A DNA stretch of 64,000 nt from Nemertoderma westbladi (Eukaryota > Animalia > Xenacoelomorpha): NCBI GenBank assembly GCA_032718475.1, contig JAUCBJ010000176.1, forward strand, positions 1-64,000, written 5' to 3'. The notes beneath the pieces are model-generated. The model searched no databases. It saw only the letters and a program-made list of their open reading frames with translations, and had not been told where the DNA came from. Position numbers and translations under genes: made by a program. Of the stretch, positions 18,441 through 33,500 are shown in pieces. The first letter of the stretch is position 1, and every line of letters starts with the position of its first letter.

Positions 18441-18526
18441 AGAATTTCTGCAGACGCCATTAGATACTGGAAATCCATTTTGTAATCTAAATTAAATAAA
18501 ATAGTGTCAATAGCAAATATTGTGAT

Positions 18527-21500
18527 AACGAGAACAAGATAGTTCGGGGTTGAGACAAAACCAGAACGAGATAGGTCGGGGTTGAGACAAAACGAGATAG
18601 GTCGGGGTTGAGACAAAACCAGAACGAGATAGGTCGGGGTTGAGACAAAACCAGAACGAGATAGGTCAGGGTTGAGACAAAACCAGAACGAGATAGGTCG
18701 GGGTTGAGACAAAACCAGAATGAGATAGGTCGGGGTTGCGACAAAACGAGATAGGTCGGGGTTGAGACAAAACGAGATAGGTCGGTGTTGAGACAAAACG
18801 AGATAGGTCGGGGTTGAGACAAAACCAGAACGAGATAGGTTGGGGTTGAGTCAAAACCAGAACAAGATAGGTCGGGGTTGAGACAAAACCAGAACGAGAT
18901 AGGTCGGGGTTGAGACAAAACGAGAACGAGATAGGTCGGGGTTGCGACAAAACCAGAATGAGATAGGTCGGGGTTGAGACAAAACCAGAACGAGATAGGT
19001 CGGGGTTGAGACAAAATCAGAACGAGATAGGTCGGGGTTGAGACAAAACCAAAACGAGATAGGTCGGGGTTGAGACAAAACGAGATAGGTCGGGGTTGAG
19101 ACAAAACCAGAACGAGATAGGTCGGGGTTGCGACAAAACCAGAATGAGATAGGTCGCGGTTGAGACAAAACGAGATAGGTCGGGGTTGAGACAAAACCAG
19201 AACGAGATAGGTCGGGGTTGCGACAAAACCAGAATGAGATAGGTCGGGGTTGCGACAAAACCAGAATGAGATAGGTCGGGGTTGAGACAAAACCAGAACG
19301 AGATAGGTCGGGGTTGAGACAAAACCAGAACGAGATAGGTCGGGGTTGCGACAAAACCAGAACGAGATAGGTCGGGGTTGCGACAAAACCAGAATGAGAT
19401 AGTTCGCGGTTGAGACAAAACCAGAACGAGATAGGTCGGGGTTGAGACAAAACCAGAACGAGATAGGTCGGGTTGAGACAAAACCAAAACGAGATAGGTC
19501 GGGGTTGAGACAAAACGAGATAGGTCGGGGTTGAGACAAAACCAGAACGAGATAGGTCAGGGGTTGAGACAAAACCAGAACGAGATAAGTCGGGGTTCAG
19601 ACAAAACCAGAACGAGATAGGTCGGGGTTGAGACAAAACCAGAACGAGATAGGTCGGGGTTGAGACAAAACGAGATAGGTCGGGGTTGCGACAAAACCAG
19701 AATGAGATAGGTCGGGGTTGAGACAAAACCAAAACGAGATAGGTCGGGGTTGAGACAAAACGAGATAGGTCGGGGTTGAGACAAAACCAGAACGAGATAG
19801 GTCGGGGTTGAGACAAAACCAAAACGAGATAGGTCGGGGTTGAGACAAAACGAGATAGGTCGGGGTTCAGACAAAACCAGAACGAGATAGGTCGGGGTTG
19901 AGACAAAACCAGAACGAGATAGGTCGGGGTTGAGACAAAACCAGAACGAGATAGGTCAGGGGTTGAGACAAACCCAGAACGAGATAAGTCGGGGTTCAGA
20001 CAAAACCAGAACGAGATAGGACGGGGTTGAGACAAAACCAGAACGAGATAGGTCGGGGTTCAGACAAAACCAGAACGAGATAGGTCAGGGGTTGAGACAA
20101 AACCAGAACGAGATAAGTCGGGGTTCAGACAAAACCAGAACGAGATAGGTCGGGGTTCAGACAAAACCAGAACGAGATAGGTCGGGGTTGAGACAAAACC
20201 AGAACGAGATAGGTCAGGGGTTGAGACAAAACCAGAACGAGATAAGTCGGGGTTCAGACAAAACCAGAACGAGATAGGTCGGGGTTCAGACAAAACCAGA
20301 ACGAGATAGGTCGGGGTTCAGACAAAACCAGAACGAGATAGGTCGGGGTTGAGACAAAACCAGAACGAGATAGGTCGGGGGTTGAGACAAAACCAGAACG
20401 AGATAAGTCGGGGTTCAGACAAAACCAGAACGAGATAGGTCGGGGTTCAGACAAAACCAGAACGAGATAGGTCGGGGTTCAGACAAAACCAGAACGAGAT
20501 AGGTCGGGGTTGAGACAAAACGAGAACGAGATAGGTCGGGGTTGAGACAAAACCAGAACGAGATAGGTCGGGGTTGAGACAAAACGAGATAGGTCGGGGT
20601 TCAGACAAAACGAAACGAGATAGGTCGGGGTTGAGACAAAACCAGAATGAGATAGGTCGGGGTTGAGACAAAACCAGAACGAGATAGGTCGGGGTTCAGA
20701 CAAAACCAGAACGAGATAGGTCGGGGTTGAGACAAAACCAGAACGAGATAGGTCGGGGTTCAGACAAAACCAGAACGAGATAGGTCGGGGTTGAGACAAA
20801 ACGAGAACGAGATAGGTCGGGGTTGAGACAAAACCAGAACGAGATAGGTCGGGGTTGAGACAAAACCAGAACGAGATAGGTCGGGGTTCAGACAAAACCA
20901 GAACGAGATAGGTCGGGGTTCAGACAAAACCAGAACGAGATAGGTCGGGGTTGAGACAAAACGAGAACGAGATAGGTCGGGGTTCAGACAAAACCAGAAC
21001 GAGATAGGTCGGGGTTGAGACAAAACGAGAACGAGATAGGTCGGGGTTGAGACAAAACCAGAACGAGATAGGTCGGGGTTCAGACAAAACGAAACGAGAT
21101 AGGTCGGGGTTGAGACAAAACGAGATAGGTCGGGGTTCAGACAAAACCAGAACGAGATAAGTCGGGGTTCACACAAAACCAGAACGAGATAGGTTGGGGT
21201 TCAGACAAAACCAGAACGAGATAGGTCGGGGTTGCGACAAAACGAGATAGGTCGGGGTTGAGACAAAACGAGAACGAGATAGGTCGGGGTTGAGACAAAA
21301 CCAGAACGAGATAGGTCGGGGTTGAGACAAAACGAGATAGGTCGGGGTTGAGACAAAACCAGAACGAGATAGGTCGGGGTTGAGACAAAACGAGATAGGT
21401 CAGGGGTTGAGACAAAACCAGAACGAGATAAGTCGGGGTTCAGACAAAACCAGAACGAGATAGGTCGGGGTTGAGACAAAACCAGAACGAGATAGGTCGG

Positions 21501-24500
21501 GGTTGAGACAAAACGAGAACGAGATAGGTCGGGGTTGCGACAAAACCAGAACGAGATAAGTCGGGGTTCAGACAAAACCAGAACGAGATAGGTCGGGGTT
21601 GAGACAAAACCAGAACGAGATAGGTCGGGGTTCAGACAAAACCAGAACGAGATAGGTCGGGGTTGAGACTAAACGAGAACGAGATAGGTCGGGGTTGAGA
21701 CAAAACCAGAACGAGATAGGTCGGGGTTCAGACAAAACGAAACGAGATAGGTCGGGGTTGAGACAAAACGAGAACGAGATAGGTCGGGGTTGAGACGAAA
21801 CCAGAACGAGATAGGTCGGGGTTAAGACAAAACCAGAACGAGATAGGTCGGGGTTCAGACAAAGCGAAACGAGATAGGTCGGGGTTGAGACAAAACGAGA
21901 ACGAGATAGGTCGGGGTTGAGACAAAACCAGAACGAGATAGGTCGGGGTTGAGACAAAACGAGAACGAGATAGGTCGGGGTTGAGACAAAACGAGAACGA
22001 GATAGGTCGGGGTTGAGACAAAATCAGAACGAGATAGGTCAGGGGTTGAGACAAAACCAGAACGAGTTAGGTCGGGGTTGAGACAAAACGAGATAGGTCG
22101 GGGTTCAGACAAAACGAAACGAGATAGGTCGGGGTTGAGACGAAGCCAGAACGAGATAGGTCGGGGTTGAGACAAAACGAGATAGGTCGGGGTTGAGACA
22201 AAACCAGAACGAGATAGGTCGGGGTTGAGACAAAACGAGATAGGTCGGGGTTGAGACAAAACCAGAACGAGATAGGTCGGGGTTGAGACAAAACCAGAAC
22301 GAGATAGGTCAGGGGTTGAGACAAACCCAGAACGAGATAAGTCGGGGTTGAGACAAAACCAGAACGAGATAGGTCGGGGTTCAGACAAAACCAGAACGAG
22401 ATAGGTCGGGGTTGAGACAAAACGAGATAGGTCGGGGTTGAGACAAAACGAGATAGGTCGGGGTTGAGACAAAACCAGAACGAGATAGGTCAGGGGTTGA
22501 GACAAAACCAGAACGAAATAAGTCGGGGTTCAGAAAAAAACAGAACGAGATAGGTCGGGGTTCAGACAAAACCAGAACGAGATAGGTCGGGGTTGAGACA
22601 AAACCAGAACGAGATAGGTCAGGGGTTGAGACAAAACCAGAACGAGATAAGTCGGGGTTCAGACAAAACCAGAACGAGATAGGTCGGGGTTCAGACAAAA
22701 CCAGAACGAGATAGGTCGGGGTTCAGACAAAACCAGAACGAGATAGGTCGGGGTTGAGACAAAACCAGAACGAGATAGGTCAGGGGTTGAGACAAAACCA
22801 GAACGAGATAAGTCGGGGTTCAGACAAAACCAGAACGAGATAGGTCGGGGTTGAGACAAAACGAGATAGGTCGGGGTTGAGACGAAACCAGAACGAGATA
22901 AGTCGGGGTTCAGACAAAACCAGAACGAGATAGGTCGGGGTTCAGACAAAACCAGAACGAGATAAGTCGGGGTTCACACAAAACCAGAACGAGATAGGTT
23001 GGGGTTCAGACAAAACCAGAACGAGATAGGTCGGGGTTGCGACAAAACGAGATAGGTCGGGGTTGAGACAAAACCAGAACGAGATAGGTCGGGGTTGAGA
23101 CAAAACGAGATAGGTCGAGGTTGAGACAAAACCAGAACGAGATAGGTCGGGGTTGAGACAAAACGAGATAGGTCGTGGTTGAGACAAAACCAGAACGAGA
23201 TAGGTCGGGGTTGAGACAAAACGAGATAGGTCGTGGTTGAGACAAAACCAGAACGAGATAGGTCGGGGTTGAGACAAAACGAGATAGGTCGGGGTTGAGA
23301 CAAAACCAGAACGAGATAGGTCGGGGTTCAGACAAAACCAGAACGAGATAGGTCGGGGTTCAGACAAAACCAGAACGAGATAGGTCGGGGTTGCGACAAA
23401 ACCAGAACGAGATAGGTCGGGGTTGAGACAAAACCAGAACGAGATAGGTCGGGGTTGAGACAAAACCAGAACGAGATAGGTCGGGGTTCAGACAAAACCA
23501 GAACGAGATAGGTCGGGGTTGCGACAAAACCAGAACGAGATAGGTCGGGGTTCAGACAAAACCAGAACGAGATAGGTCTGGGTTCAGACAAAACCAGAAC
23601 GAGATAGGTCGGGGTTCAGACAAAACCAGAACGAGATAGGTCGGGGTTGAGACAAAACCAGAACGAGATAGGTCAGGGGTTGAGACAAAACCAGAACGAG
23701 ATAAGTCGGGGTTGAGACAAAACCAGAACGAGATAGGTCGGGGTTCAGACAAAACCAGAACGAGATAGGTCGGGGTTCAGACAAAACCAGAACGAGATAG
23801 GTCGGGGTTGAGACAAAACCAGAACGAGATAGGTCGGGGTTGAGACAAAACGATATAGGTCGGGGTTGAGACAAAACCAGAACGAGATAGGTCGGGGTTG
23901 AGACAAAACGAGAACGAGATAGGTCGGGGTTGAGACAAAACGAGAACGAGATAGGTAGGGGTTGAGACAAAACGAGAACGAGATAGGTCGGGGTTGAGAC
24001 AAAACCAGAACGAGATAGGTCGGGGTTCAGACAAAACCAGAACGAGATAGGTCGGGGTTCAGACAAAACCAGAACGAGATAGGTCGGGGTTGAGACAAAA
24101 CGAGAACGAGATAGGTAGGGGTTGAGACAAAACGAGAACGAGATAGGTCGGGGTTGAGACAAAACCAGAACGAGATAGGTAGGGGTTCAGACAAAACCAG
24201 AACGAGATAGGTCGGGGTTCAGACAAAACCAGAACGAGATAGGTCGGGGTTCAGACAAAACCAGAACGAGATAGGTCGGGGTTGAGACAAAACGAGAACG
24301 AGATAGGTCGGGGTTGAGACAAAACGAAACGAGATAGGTCGGGGTTGAGACAAAACGAGATAGGTCGGGGTTCAGACAAAACCAGAACGAGATAAGTCGG
24401 GGTTAAGACAAAACGAGATAGGTCGGGGTTGAGACAAAACGAGATAGGTCGGGGTTGAGACAAAACGAGATAGGTCGGGGTTGAGACAAAACCAGAACGA

Positions 24501-27500
24501 GATAAGTCGGGGTTCAGACAAAACCAGAACGAGATAGGTTGGGGTTCAGACAAAACCAGAACGAGATAAGTCGGGGTTCAGACAAAACCAGAACGAGATA
24601 GGTCGGGGTTGAGACAAAACCAGAACGAGATAGGTCGGGGTTCAGACAAAACCAGAACGAGATAGGTCGGGGTTGAGACAAAACGAGAACGAGATAGGTC
24701 GGGGTTGAGACAAAACGAGATAGGTCGGGGTTGAGACAAAACGAAACGAGATAGGTCGGGGTTGAGACAAAACGAGATAGGTCGGGGTTGAGACAAAACG
24801 AGAACGAGATAGGTCGGGGTTGAGACAAAACGAGAACGAGATAGGTCGGGGTTGAGACAAAACGAGAACGAGATAGGTCGGGGTTGAGACAAAACCAGAA
24901 CGAGATAGGTCGGGGTTCAGACAAAACGAAACGAGATAGGTCGGGGTTCAGACAAAACGAAACGAGATAGGTCGGGGTTGAGACAAAACGAGATAGGTCG
25001 GGGTTCACACAAAACCAAAACGAGATAGGTCGGGGTTCAGACAAAACCAGAGCGAGATAAGTCGGGGTTCACACAAAACCAGAACGAGATAGGTTGGGGT
25101 TCAGACAAAACCATAACGAGATAGGTCGGGGTTCAGACAAAACCAGAACGAGATAGGTCGGGGTTCAGACAAAACCAGAACGAGATAGGTCGTGGTTGAG
25201 ACAAAACGAGAACGAGATAGGTCGGGGTTGAGACAAAACGAAACGAGATAGGTCGGGGTTCAGACAAAACGAAACGAGATAGGTCGGGGTTGAGACAAAA
25301 CGAGATAGGTCGGGGTTCACACAAAACCAGAACGAGATAGGTTGGGGTTCAGACAAAACCATAACGAGATAGGTCGGGGTTCAGACAAAACCAGAACGAG
25401 ATAGGTCGGGGTTCAGACAAAACCAGAACGAGATAGGTCGTGGTTGAGACAAAACGAGAACGAGATAGGTCGGGGTTGAGACAAAACGAAACGAGATAGG
25501 TCGGGGTTCAGACAAAACGAAACGAGATAGGTCGTGGTTGAGACAAAACGAGAACGAGATAGGTCGGGGTTGAGACAAAACGAAACGAGATAGGTCGGGG
25601 TTCACACAAAACCAAAACGAGATAGGTCGGGGTTCAGACAAAACGAAACGAGATAGGTCGGGGTTCAGACAAAACGAAACGAGATAGGTCGGGGTTGAGA
25701 CAAAACGAGATAGGTCGGGGTTCACACAAAACCAAAACGAGATAGGTCGGGGTTCAGACAAAACCAGAGCGAGATAAGTCGGGGTTGAGACAAAACGAGA
25801 ACGAGATAGGTCGGGGTTGAGACAAAACCAGAACGAGATAGGTCGGGGTTCAGACAAAACGAAACGAGATAGGTCGGGGTTGAGACAAAACGAGAACGAG
25901 ATAGGTCGGGGTTGAGACAAAATCAGAACGAGATAGGTCAGGGGTTGAGACAAAACCAGAACGAGATAGGTCGGGGTTGAGACAAAACGAGAACGAGATA
26001 GGTTGGGGTTCAGACAAAACCATAACGAGATAGGTCGGGGTTCAGACAAAACCATAACGAGATAGGTCGGGGTTCAGACAAAACCAGAACGAGATAGGTC
26101 GGGGTTCAGACAAAACCAGAACGAGATAGGTCGGGGTTGAGACAAAACGAGAACGAGATAGGTCGGGGTTGAGACAAAACCAGAACGAGATAGGTCGGGG
26201 TTCAGACAAAACGAAACGAGATAGGTCGGGGTTCAGACAAAACGAAACGAGATAGGTCGGGGTTGAGACAAAACGAGAACGAGATAGGTCGGGGTTCAGA
26301 CAAAACCAGAACGAGATAAGTCGGGGTTCACACAAAACCAGAACGAGATAGGTTGGGGTTCAGACAAAACCAGAACGAGATAGGTCGGGGTTGCGACAAA
26401 ACGAGATAGGTCGGGGTTGAGACAAAACCAGAACGAGATAGGTCGGGGTTGAGACAAAACGAGATAGGTCGGGGTTGAGACAAAACCAGAACGAGATAGG
26501 TCGGGGTTGAGACAAAACGAGATAGGTCAGGGGTTGAGACAAAACCAGAACGAGATAAGTCGGGGTTCAGACAAAACCAGAACGAGATAGGTCGGGGTTG
26601 AGACAAAACCAGAACGAGATAGGTCGGGGTTGAGACAAAACGAGATAGGTCAGGGGTTGAGACAAAACCAGAACGAGATAAGTCGGGGTTCAGACAAAAC
26701 CAGAACGAGATAGGTCGGGGTTGAGACAAAACCAGAACGAGATAGGTCGGGGTTCAGACAAAACCAGAACGAGATAGGTCGGGGTTGAGACAAAACGAGA
26801 ACGAGATAGGTCGGGGTTGAGACAAAACCAGAACGAGATAGGTCGGGGTTCAGACAAAACGAAACGAGATAGGTCGGGGTTGAGACAAAACGAGATAGGT
26901 CTGGGTTCAGACAAAACCAGAACGAGATAAGTCGGGGTTCACACAAAACCAGAACGAGATAGGTTGGGGTTCAGACAAAACCAGAACGAGATAGGTCGGG
27001 GTTGCGACAAAACGAGATAGGTCGGGGTTGAGACAAAATCAGAACGAGATAGGTCGGGGTTGAGACAAAACGAGATAGGTCGGGGTTGAGACAAAACCAG
27101 AACGAGATAGGTCGGGGTTGAGACAAAACGAGATAGGTCGGGGTTGAGACAAAACCAGAACGAGATAGGTCGGGGTTGAGACAAAACGAGATAGGTCGGG
27201 GTTGAGACAAAACCAGAACGAGATAGGTCGGGGTTGCGACAAAACCAGAACGAGATAGGTCGGGGTTGAGACAAAACCAGAACGAGATAGGTCGGGGTTG
27301 AGACAAAACCAGAACGAGATAGGTCGGGGTTGAGACAAAACGAGATAGGTCGGGGTTGAGACAAAACCAGAACGAGATAGGTCGGGGTTCAGACAAAACC
27401 AGAACGAGATAGGTCGGGGTTCAGACAAAACCAGAACGAGATAGGTCGGGGTTGAGACAAAACCAGAACGAGATAGGTCAGGGGTTGAGACAAAACCAGA

Positions 27501-30500
27501 ACGAGATAAGTCGGGGTTGAGACAAAACCAGAACGAGATAGGTCGGGGTTCAGACAAAACCAGAACGAGATAGGTCGGGGTTCAGACAAAACCAGAACGA
27601 GATAGGTCGGGGTTGAGACAAAACCAGAACGAGATAGGTCAGGGGTTGAGACAAAACCAGAACGAGATAAGTCGGGGTTCAGACAAAACCAGAACGAGAT
27701 AGGTCGGGGTTGAGACAAAACGAGATAGGTCGGGGTTGAGACAAAACGAGATAGGTCGGGGTTGAGACAAAACCAGAACGAGATAGGTCGGGGTTGAGAC
27801 AAAACGAGATAGGTCGGGGTTGAGACAAAACCAGAACGAGATAGGTCGGGGTTGAGACAAAACGAGAACGAGATAGGTCGGGGTTCAGACAAAACGAGAT
27901 AGGTTGGGTTGAGACGAAACCAGAACGAGATAGGTCGGGGTTGAGACAAAACCAGAACGAGATAGGTCGGGGTTGAGTCAAAACCAGAACGAGATAGGTC
28001 GGGGTTGAGACAAAACGAGATAGGTCGGGGTTCAGACAAAACGAAACGAGATAGATCGGGGTTGAGACAAAACGAGATAGGTCGGGGTTCAGACAAAACC
28101 AGAACGAGATAAGTCGGGGTTCACACAAAACCAGAACGAGATAGGTCGGGGTTGAGACAAAACCAGAACGAGATAGGTCGGGGTTGAGACAAAACGAGTT
28201 AGGTCGGGGTTGAGACAAAACGAGAACGAGATAAGTCGGGGTTGAGACAAAATCAGAACGAGATAGGTCAGGGGTTGAGACAAAACCAGAACGAGATAGG
28301 TCGGGGTTGCGACAAAACCAGAACGAGATAAGTCGGGGTTGAGACAAAATCAGAACGAGATAGGTCAGGGGTTGAGACAAAACCAGAACGAGATAGGTCA
28401 GGGTTGAGACAAAACCAGAACGAGATAGGTCGGGGTTGAGACAAAACGATATAGGTCGGGGTTCAGACAAAACCAGAACGAGATAGGTCGGGGTTGCGAC
28501 AAAACCAGAACGAGATAAGTCGGGGTTGAGACAAAATCAGAACGAGATAGGTCAGGGGTTGAGACAAAACCAGAACGAGATAGGTCAGGGTTGAGACAAA
28601 ACCAGAACGAGATAGGTCGGGGTTGAGACAAAACGATATAGGTCGGGGTTCAGACAAAACGAAACGAGATAGGTCGGGGTTGAGACAAAACGAGATAGGT
28701 CGGGGTTGAGACAAAACCAGAACGAGATAGGTCGGGGTTGAGACAAAACGAGATAGGTCGGGGTTCAGACAAAACGAAACGAGATAGGTCGGGGTTGAGA
28801 CAAAACCAGAATGAGATAGGTCGGGGTTGAGACAAAACGATATAGGTCGGGGTTCAGACAAAACGAAACGAGATAGGTCGGGGTTGAGACAAAACGAGAT
28901 AGGTCGGGGTTGAGACAAAACCAGAACGAGATAGGTCGGGGTTGAGACAAAACGAGATAGGTCGGGGTTCAGACAAAACGAAACGAGATAGGTCGGGGTT
29001 GAGACAAAACCAGAACGAGATAGGTCGGGGTTGAGACAAAACGAGAACGAGATAGGTCGGGGTTGAGACAAAACCAGAACGAGATAGGTCGGGGTTGAGA
29101 CAAAACGAGATAGGTCGGGGTTCAGACAAAACGAAACGAGATAGGTCGGGGTTGAGACAAAACCAGAATGAGATAGGTCGGGGTTGAGACAAAACCAGAA
29201 CGAGATAGGTCGGGGTTGAGACAAAACGAGAACGAGATAGGTCGGGGTTGCGACAAAACGAGATAGGTCGGGGTTCAGACAAAACGAAACGAGATAGGTC
29301 GGGGTTGAGACAAAACCAGAATGAGATAGGTCGGGGTTGAGACAAAACCAGAACGAGATAGGTCGGGGTTGAGACAAAACGAGAACGAGATAGGTCGGGG
29401 TTGCGACAAAACGAGAACGAGATAGGTCGGGGTTGAGTCAAAACCAGAACGAGATAGGTCGGGGTTCAGACAAAACGAGATAGGTCGGGGTTCAGACAAA
29501 ACGAAACGAGATAGGTCGGGGTTCAGACAAAACCAGAACGAGATAAGTCGGGGTTCACACAAAACCAGAACGAGATAGGTCGGGGTTGAGACAAAACCAG
29601 AGCGAGATAGGTCGGGGTTGAGACAAAACGAGTTAGGTCGGGGTTCAGACAAAACCAGAACGAGATAGGTCGGGGTTGCGACAAAACCAGAACGAGATAA
29701 GTCGGGGTTGAGACAAAATCAGAACGAGATAGGTCAGGGGTTGAGACAAAACCAGAACGAGATAGGTCAGGGTTGAGACAAAACCAGAACGAGATAGGTC
29801 GGGGTTGAGACAAAACGATATAGGTCGGGGTTCAGACAAAACGAAACGAGATAGGTCGGGGTTGAGACAAAACGAGATAGGTCGGGGTTGAGACAAAACC
29901 AGAACGAGATAGGTCGGGGTTGAGACAAAACGAGATAGGTCGGGGTTCAGACAAAACGAAACGAGATAGGTCGGGGTTGAGACAAAACCAGAATGAGATA
30001 GGTCGGGGTTGAGACAAAACCAGAACGAGATAGGTCGGGGTTAAGACAAAACCAGAACGAGATAGGTCGGGGTTCAGACAAAACCAGAACGAGATAGGTC
30101 GGGGTTGAGACAAAACCAGAACAGAGTTAGGTCGGGGTTGAGACAAAACGAGATAGGTCGGGGTTCAGACAAAACGAAACGAGATAGGTCGGGGTTGAGA
30201 CAAAACCAGAATGAGATAGGTCGGGGTTGAGACGAAACGAGATAGGTCGGGTTGACACAAAACGAAACGAGATAGGTCGGGGTTGAGACAAAACCAGAAT
30301 GAGATAGGTCGGGGTTGAGACGAAACGAGATAGGTCGGGGTTGAGACAAAACCAGAACGAGTTAGGTCGGGGTTGAGACAAAACGAGATAGGTCGGGGTT
30401 CAGACAAAACGAAACGAGATAGGTCGGGGTTGAGACAAAACCGAATGAGATAGGTCGGGGTTGAGACGAAACGAGATAGGTCGGGGTTGAGACAAAACCA

Positions 30501-33500
30501 GAACGAGATAGGTCGGGGTTGAGACAAAACCAGAACGAGATAGGTCAGGGTTGAGACAAAACCAGAACGAGATAGGTCGGGGTTCAGACAAAACGAAACG
30601 AGATAGGTCGGGGTTCAGACAAAACGAAACGAGATAGGTCAGGGTTGAGACAACACGAGAACGAGATAGGTCGGGGTTAAGACAAAACCAGAACGAGATA
30701 GGTCGGGGTTGAGACAAAACCAGAACGAGATAGGTCGGGGTTGAGACAAAACGAGATAGGTCGGGGTTGAGACGAAACCAGAACGAGATAGGTCGGGGTT
30801 GAGACAAAACCAGAACGAGATAGGTCGGGGTTGAGACAAAACCAGAACGAGATAGGTCGGGGTTGAGACAAAACCAGAACGAGATAGGTCAGGGTTGAGA
30901 CAACACGAGAACGAGTTAGGTCGGGGTTGAGACAAAACCAGAACGAGATAGGTCGGGGTTGAGACAAAACCAGAACGAGATAGGTCGGGGTTGAGACAAA
31001 ACCATAACGAGATAGGTCGGGGTTGATACAAAACGAGAACGAGATAGGTCGGGGTTAAGACAAAACCAGAACGAGATAGGTCGGGGTTGAGACAAAACCA
31101 GAACGAGATAGGTCGGGGTTGAGACAAAACGAGATAGGTCGGGGTTGAGACGAAACCAGAACGAGATAGGTCGGGGTTGAGACAAAACCAGAACGAGATA
31201 GGTCGGGGTTGAGACAAAACCAGAACGAGATAGGTCGGGGTTGAGACAAAACGAGAACGAGATAGGTCGGGGTTGAGACAAAACGAGAACGAGATAGGTC
31301 GGGGTTGAGACAAAACGAGATAGGTCGGGGTTGAGACGAAACCAGAACGAGATAGGTCGGTGTTGAGACAAAACGAGATAGGTCGGGGTTGAGACAAAAC
31401 CAGAACGAGATAGGTCGGGGTTGAGACAAAACGAGATAGGTCGGGGTTGAGACAAAACGAGATAGGTCGGGGTTAAGACAAAACGAGATAGGTCGGGGTT
31501 GAGACAAAACGAGATAGGTCGGGGTTGAGACAAAACGAGATAGGTCGGGGTTAAGACAAAACCAGAACGAGATAGGTCGGGGTTGAGACAAAACGAGAAC
31601 GAGATAGGTCGGGGTTGAGACAAAACGAGATAGGTCGGGGTTGAGACAAAACCAGAACGAGATAGGTCGGGTTTGAGACAAAACGAGATAGGTCGGGGTT
31701 GAGACAAAACCAGAACGAGATAGGTCGGGGTTGAGACAAAACGAGATAGGTCGGGGTTGAGACAAAACGAGATAGGTCCTTGTTGAGACGAAACCAGAAC
31801 GAGATAAGTCGGGGTTGAGACAAAACGAGATAGGTCGGGGTTGAGACAAAACGAGATAGGTCGGGGTTGAGACAAAACGAGATAGGTCGGGGTTGAGACA
31901 AAACCAGAACGAGATAGGTCGGGGTTCAGACAAAACGAGATAGGTCGGAGTTGAGACAAAACCAGAACGAGATAGGTCGGGGTTGAGACAAAACCAGAAC
32001 GAGATAGGTCGGGGTTGAGACAAAACGAGATAGGTCGGGGTTGAGACGAAACCAGAACGAGATAGGTCGGGGTTGAGACAAAACGAGATAGGTCGGGGTT
32101 GAGACAAAACCAGAACGAGATAGGTCGGGGTTGAGACAAAACGAGATAGGTCGGGGTTGAGACAAAACGAGATAGGTCGGGGTTGAGACGAAACCAGAAC
32201 GAGATAGGTCGGGGTTGAGACAAATCGAGAACGAGATAGGTCAGGGTTGAGACAAAACGAGATAGGTCGGGGTTGAGACAAAACGAGATAGGTCGGGGTT
32301 GAGACGAAACCAGAACGAGATAGGTCGGGGTTGAGACAAAACCAGAACGAGATAGGTCGGGGTTGAGACAAAACCAAAACGAGATAGGTCGGGGTTGAGA
32401 CAAAACCAGAACGAGATAGGTCGGGGTTCAGACAAAACAAGAACGAGATAGGTCGGGGTTGAGACAAAACCAGAACGAGATAGGTCGGGGTTCAGACAAA
32501 ACCACAACGAGATAGGTCGGGGTTGAGACAAAACGATATAGGTCGGGGTTGAGACAACACGAGAACGAGTTAGGTCGGGGTTCAGACAAAACCAGAACGA
32601 GATAGGTCGGGGTTGAGACAAAACCAGAACGAGATAGGTCGGGGTTCAGACAAAACGAGAACGAGATAGGTCGGGGTTGCGACAAAACCAGAACGAGATA
32701 GGTCGGGGTTGAGACAAAACGAGATAGGTCGGGGTTGAGACAAAACCAGAACGAGATAGGTCGGGGTTCAGACAAAACCAGAACGAGATAGGTCGGGGTT
32801 GAGACAAAACGAGAACGAGATAGGTCGGGGTTGAGACAAAACCAGAACGAGATAGGTCGGGGTTGAGACAAAACGAGATAGGTCGGGGTTCAGACAAAAC
32901 GAAACGAGATAGGTCGGGGTTGCGACAAAACCAGAACGAGATAGGTCGGGGTTGAGACAAAACGAGAACGAGATAGGTCGGGGTTGAGACAAAACCAGAA
33001 CGAGATAGGTCGGGGTTCAGACAAAACCAGAACGAGATAGGTCGGGGTTCAGACAAAACGAGATAGGTCGGGGTTGAGACAAAACCAGAACGAGATAGGT
33101 CGGGGTTGAGACAAAACGAGGACGAGATAGGTCGGGGTTGAGACAAAACGAGATAGGTCGGGGTTGAGACAAAACGAGATAGGTCGGGGTTGAGACAAAA
33201 CAAGAACGAGATAGGTCGGGGTTGAGACAAAACCAGAACGAGATAGGTCGGGGTTGAGACGAAACGAGATAGGTCGGGGTTGAGACAAAACGAGATAGGT
33301 CGGGGTTGAGACAAAACGAGAACGAGATAGGTCGGGGTTGAGACAAAACGAGATAGGTCGGGGTTGAGACAAAACGAGATAGGTCGGGGTTGAGACAAAA
33401 CGAGAACGAGATAGGTCGGGGTTAAGACAAAACCAGAACGAGATAGGTCGGGGTTGAGACAAAACGAGAACGAGATAGGTCGGGGTTGAGACAAAACGAG

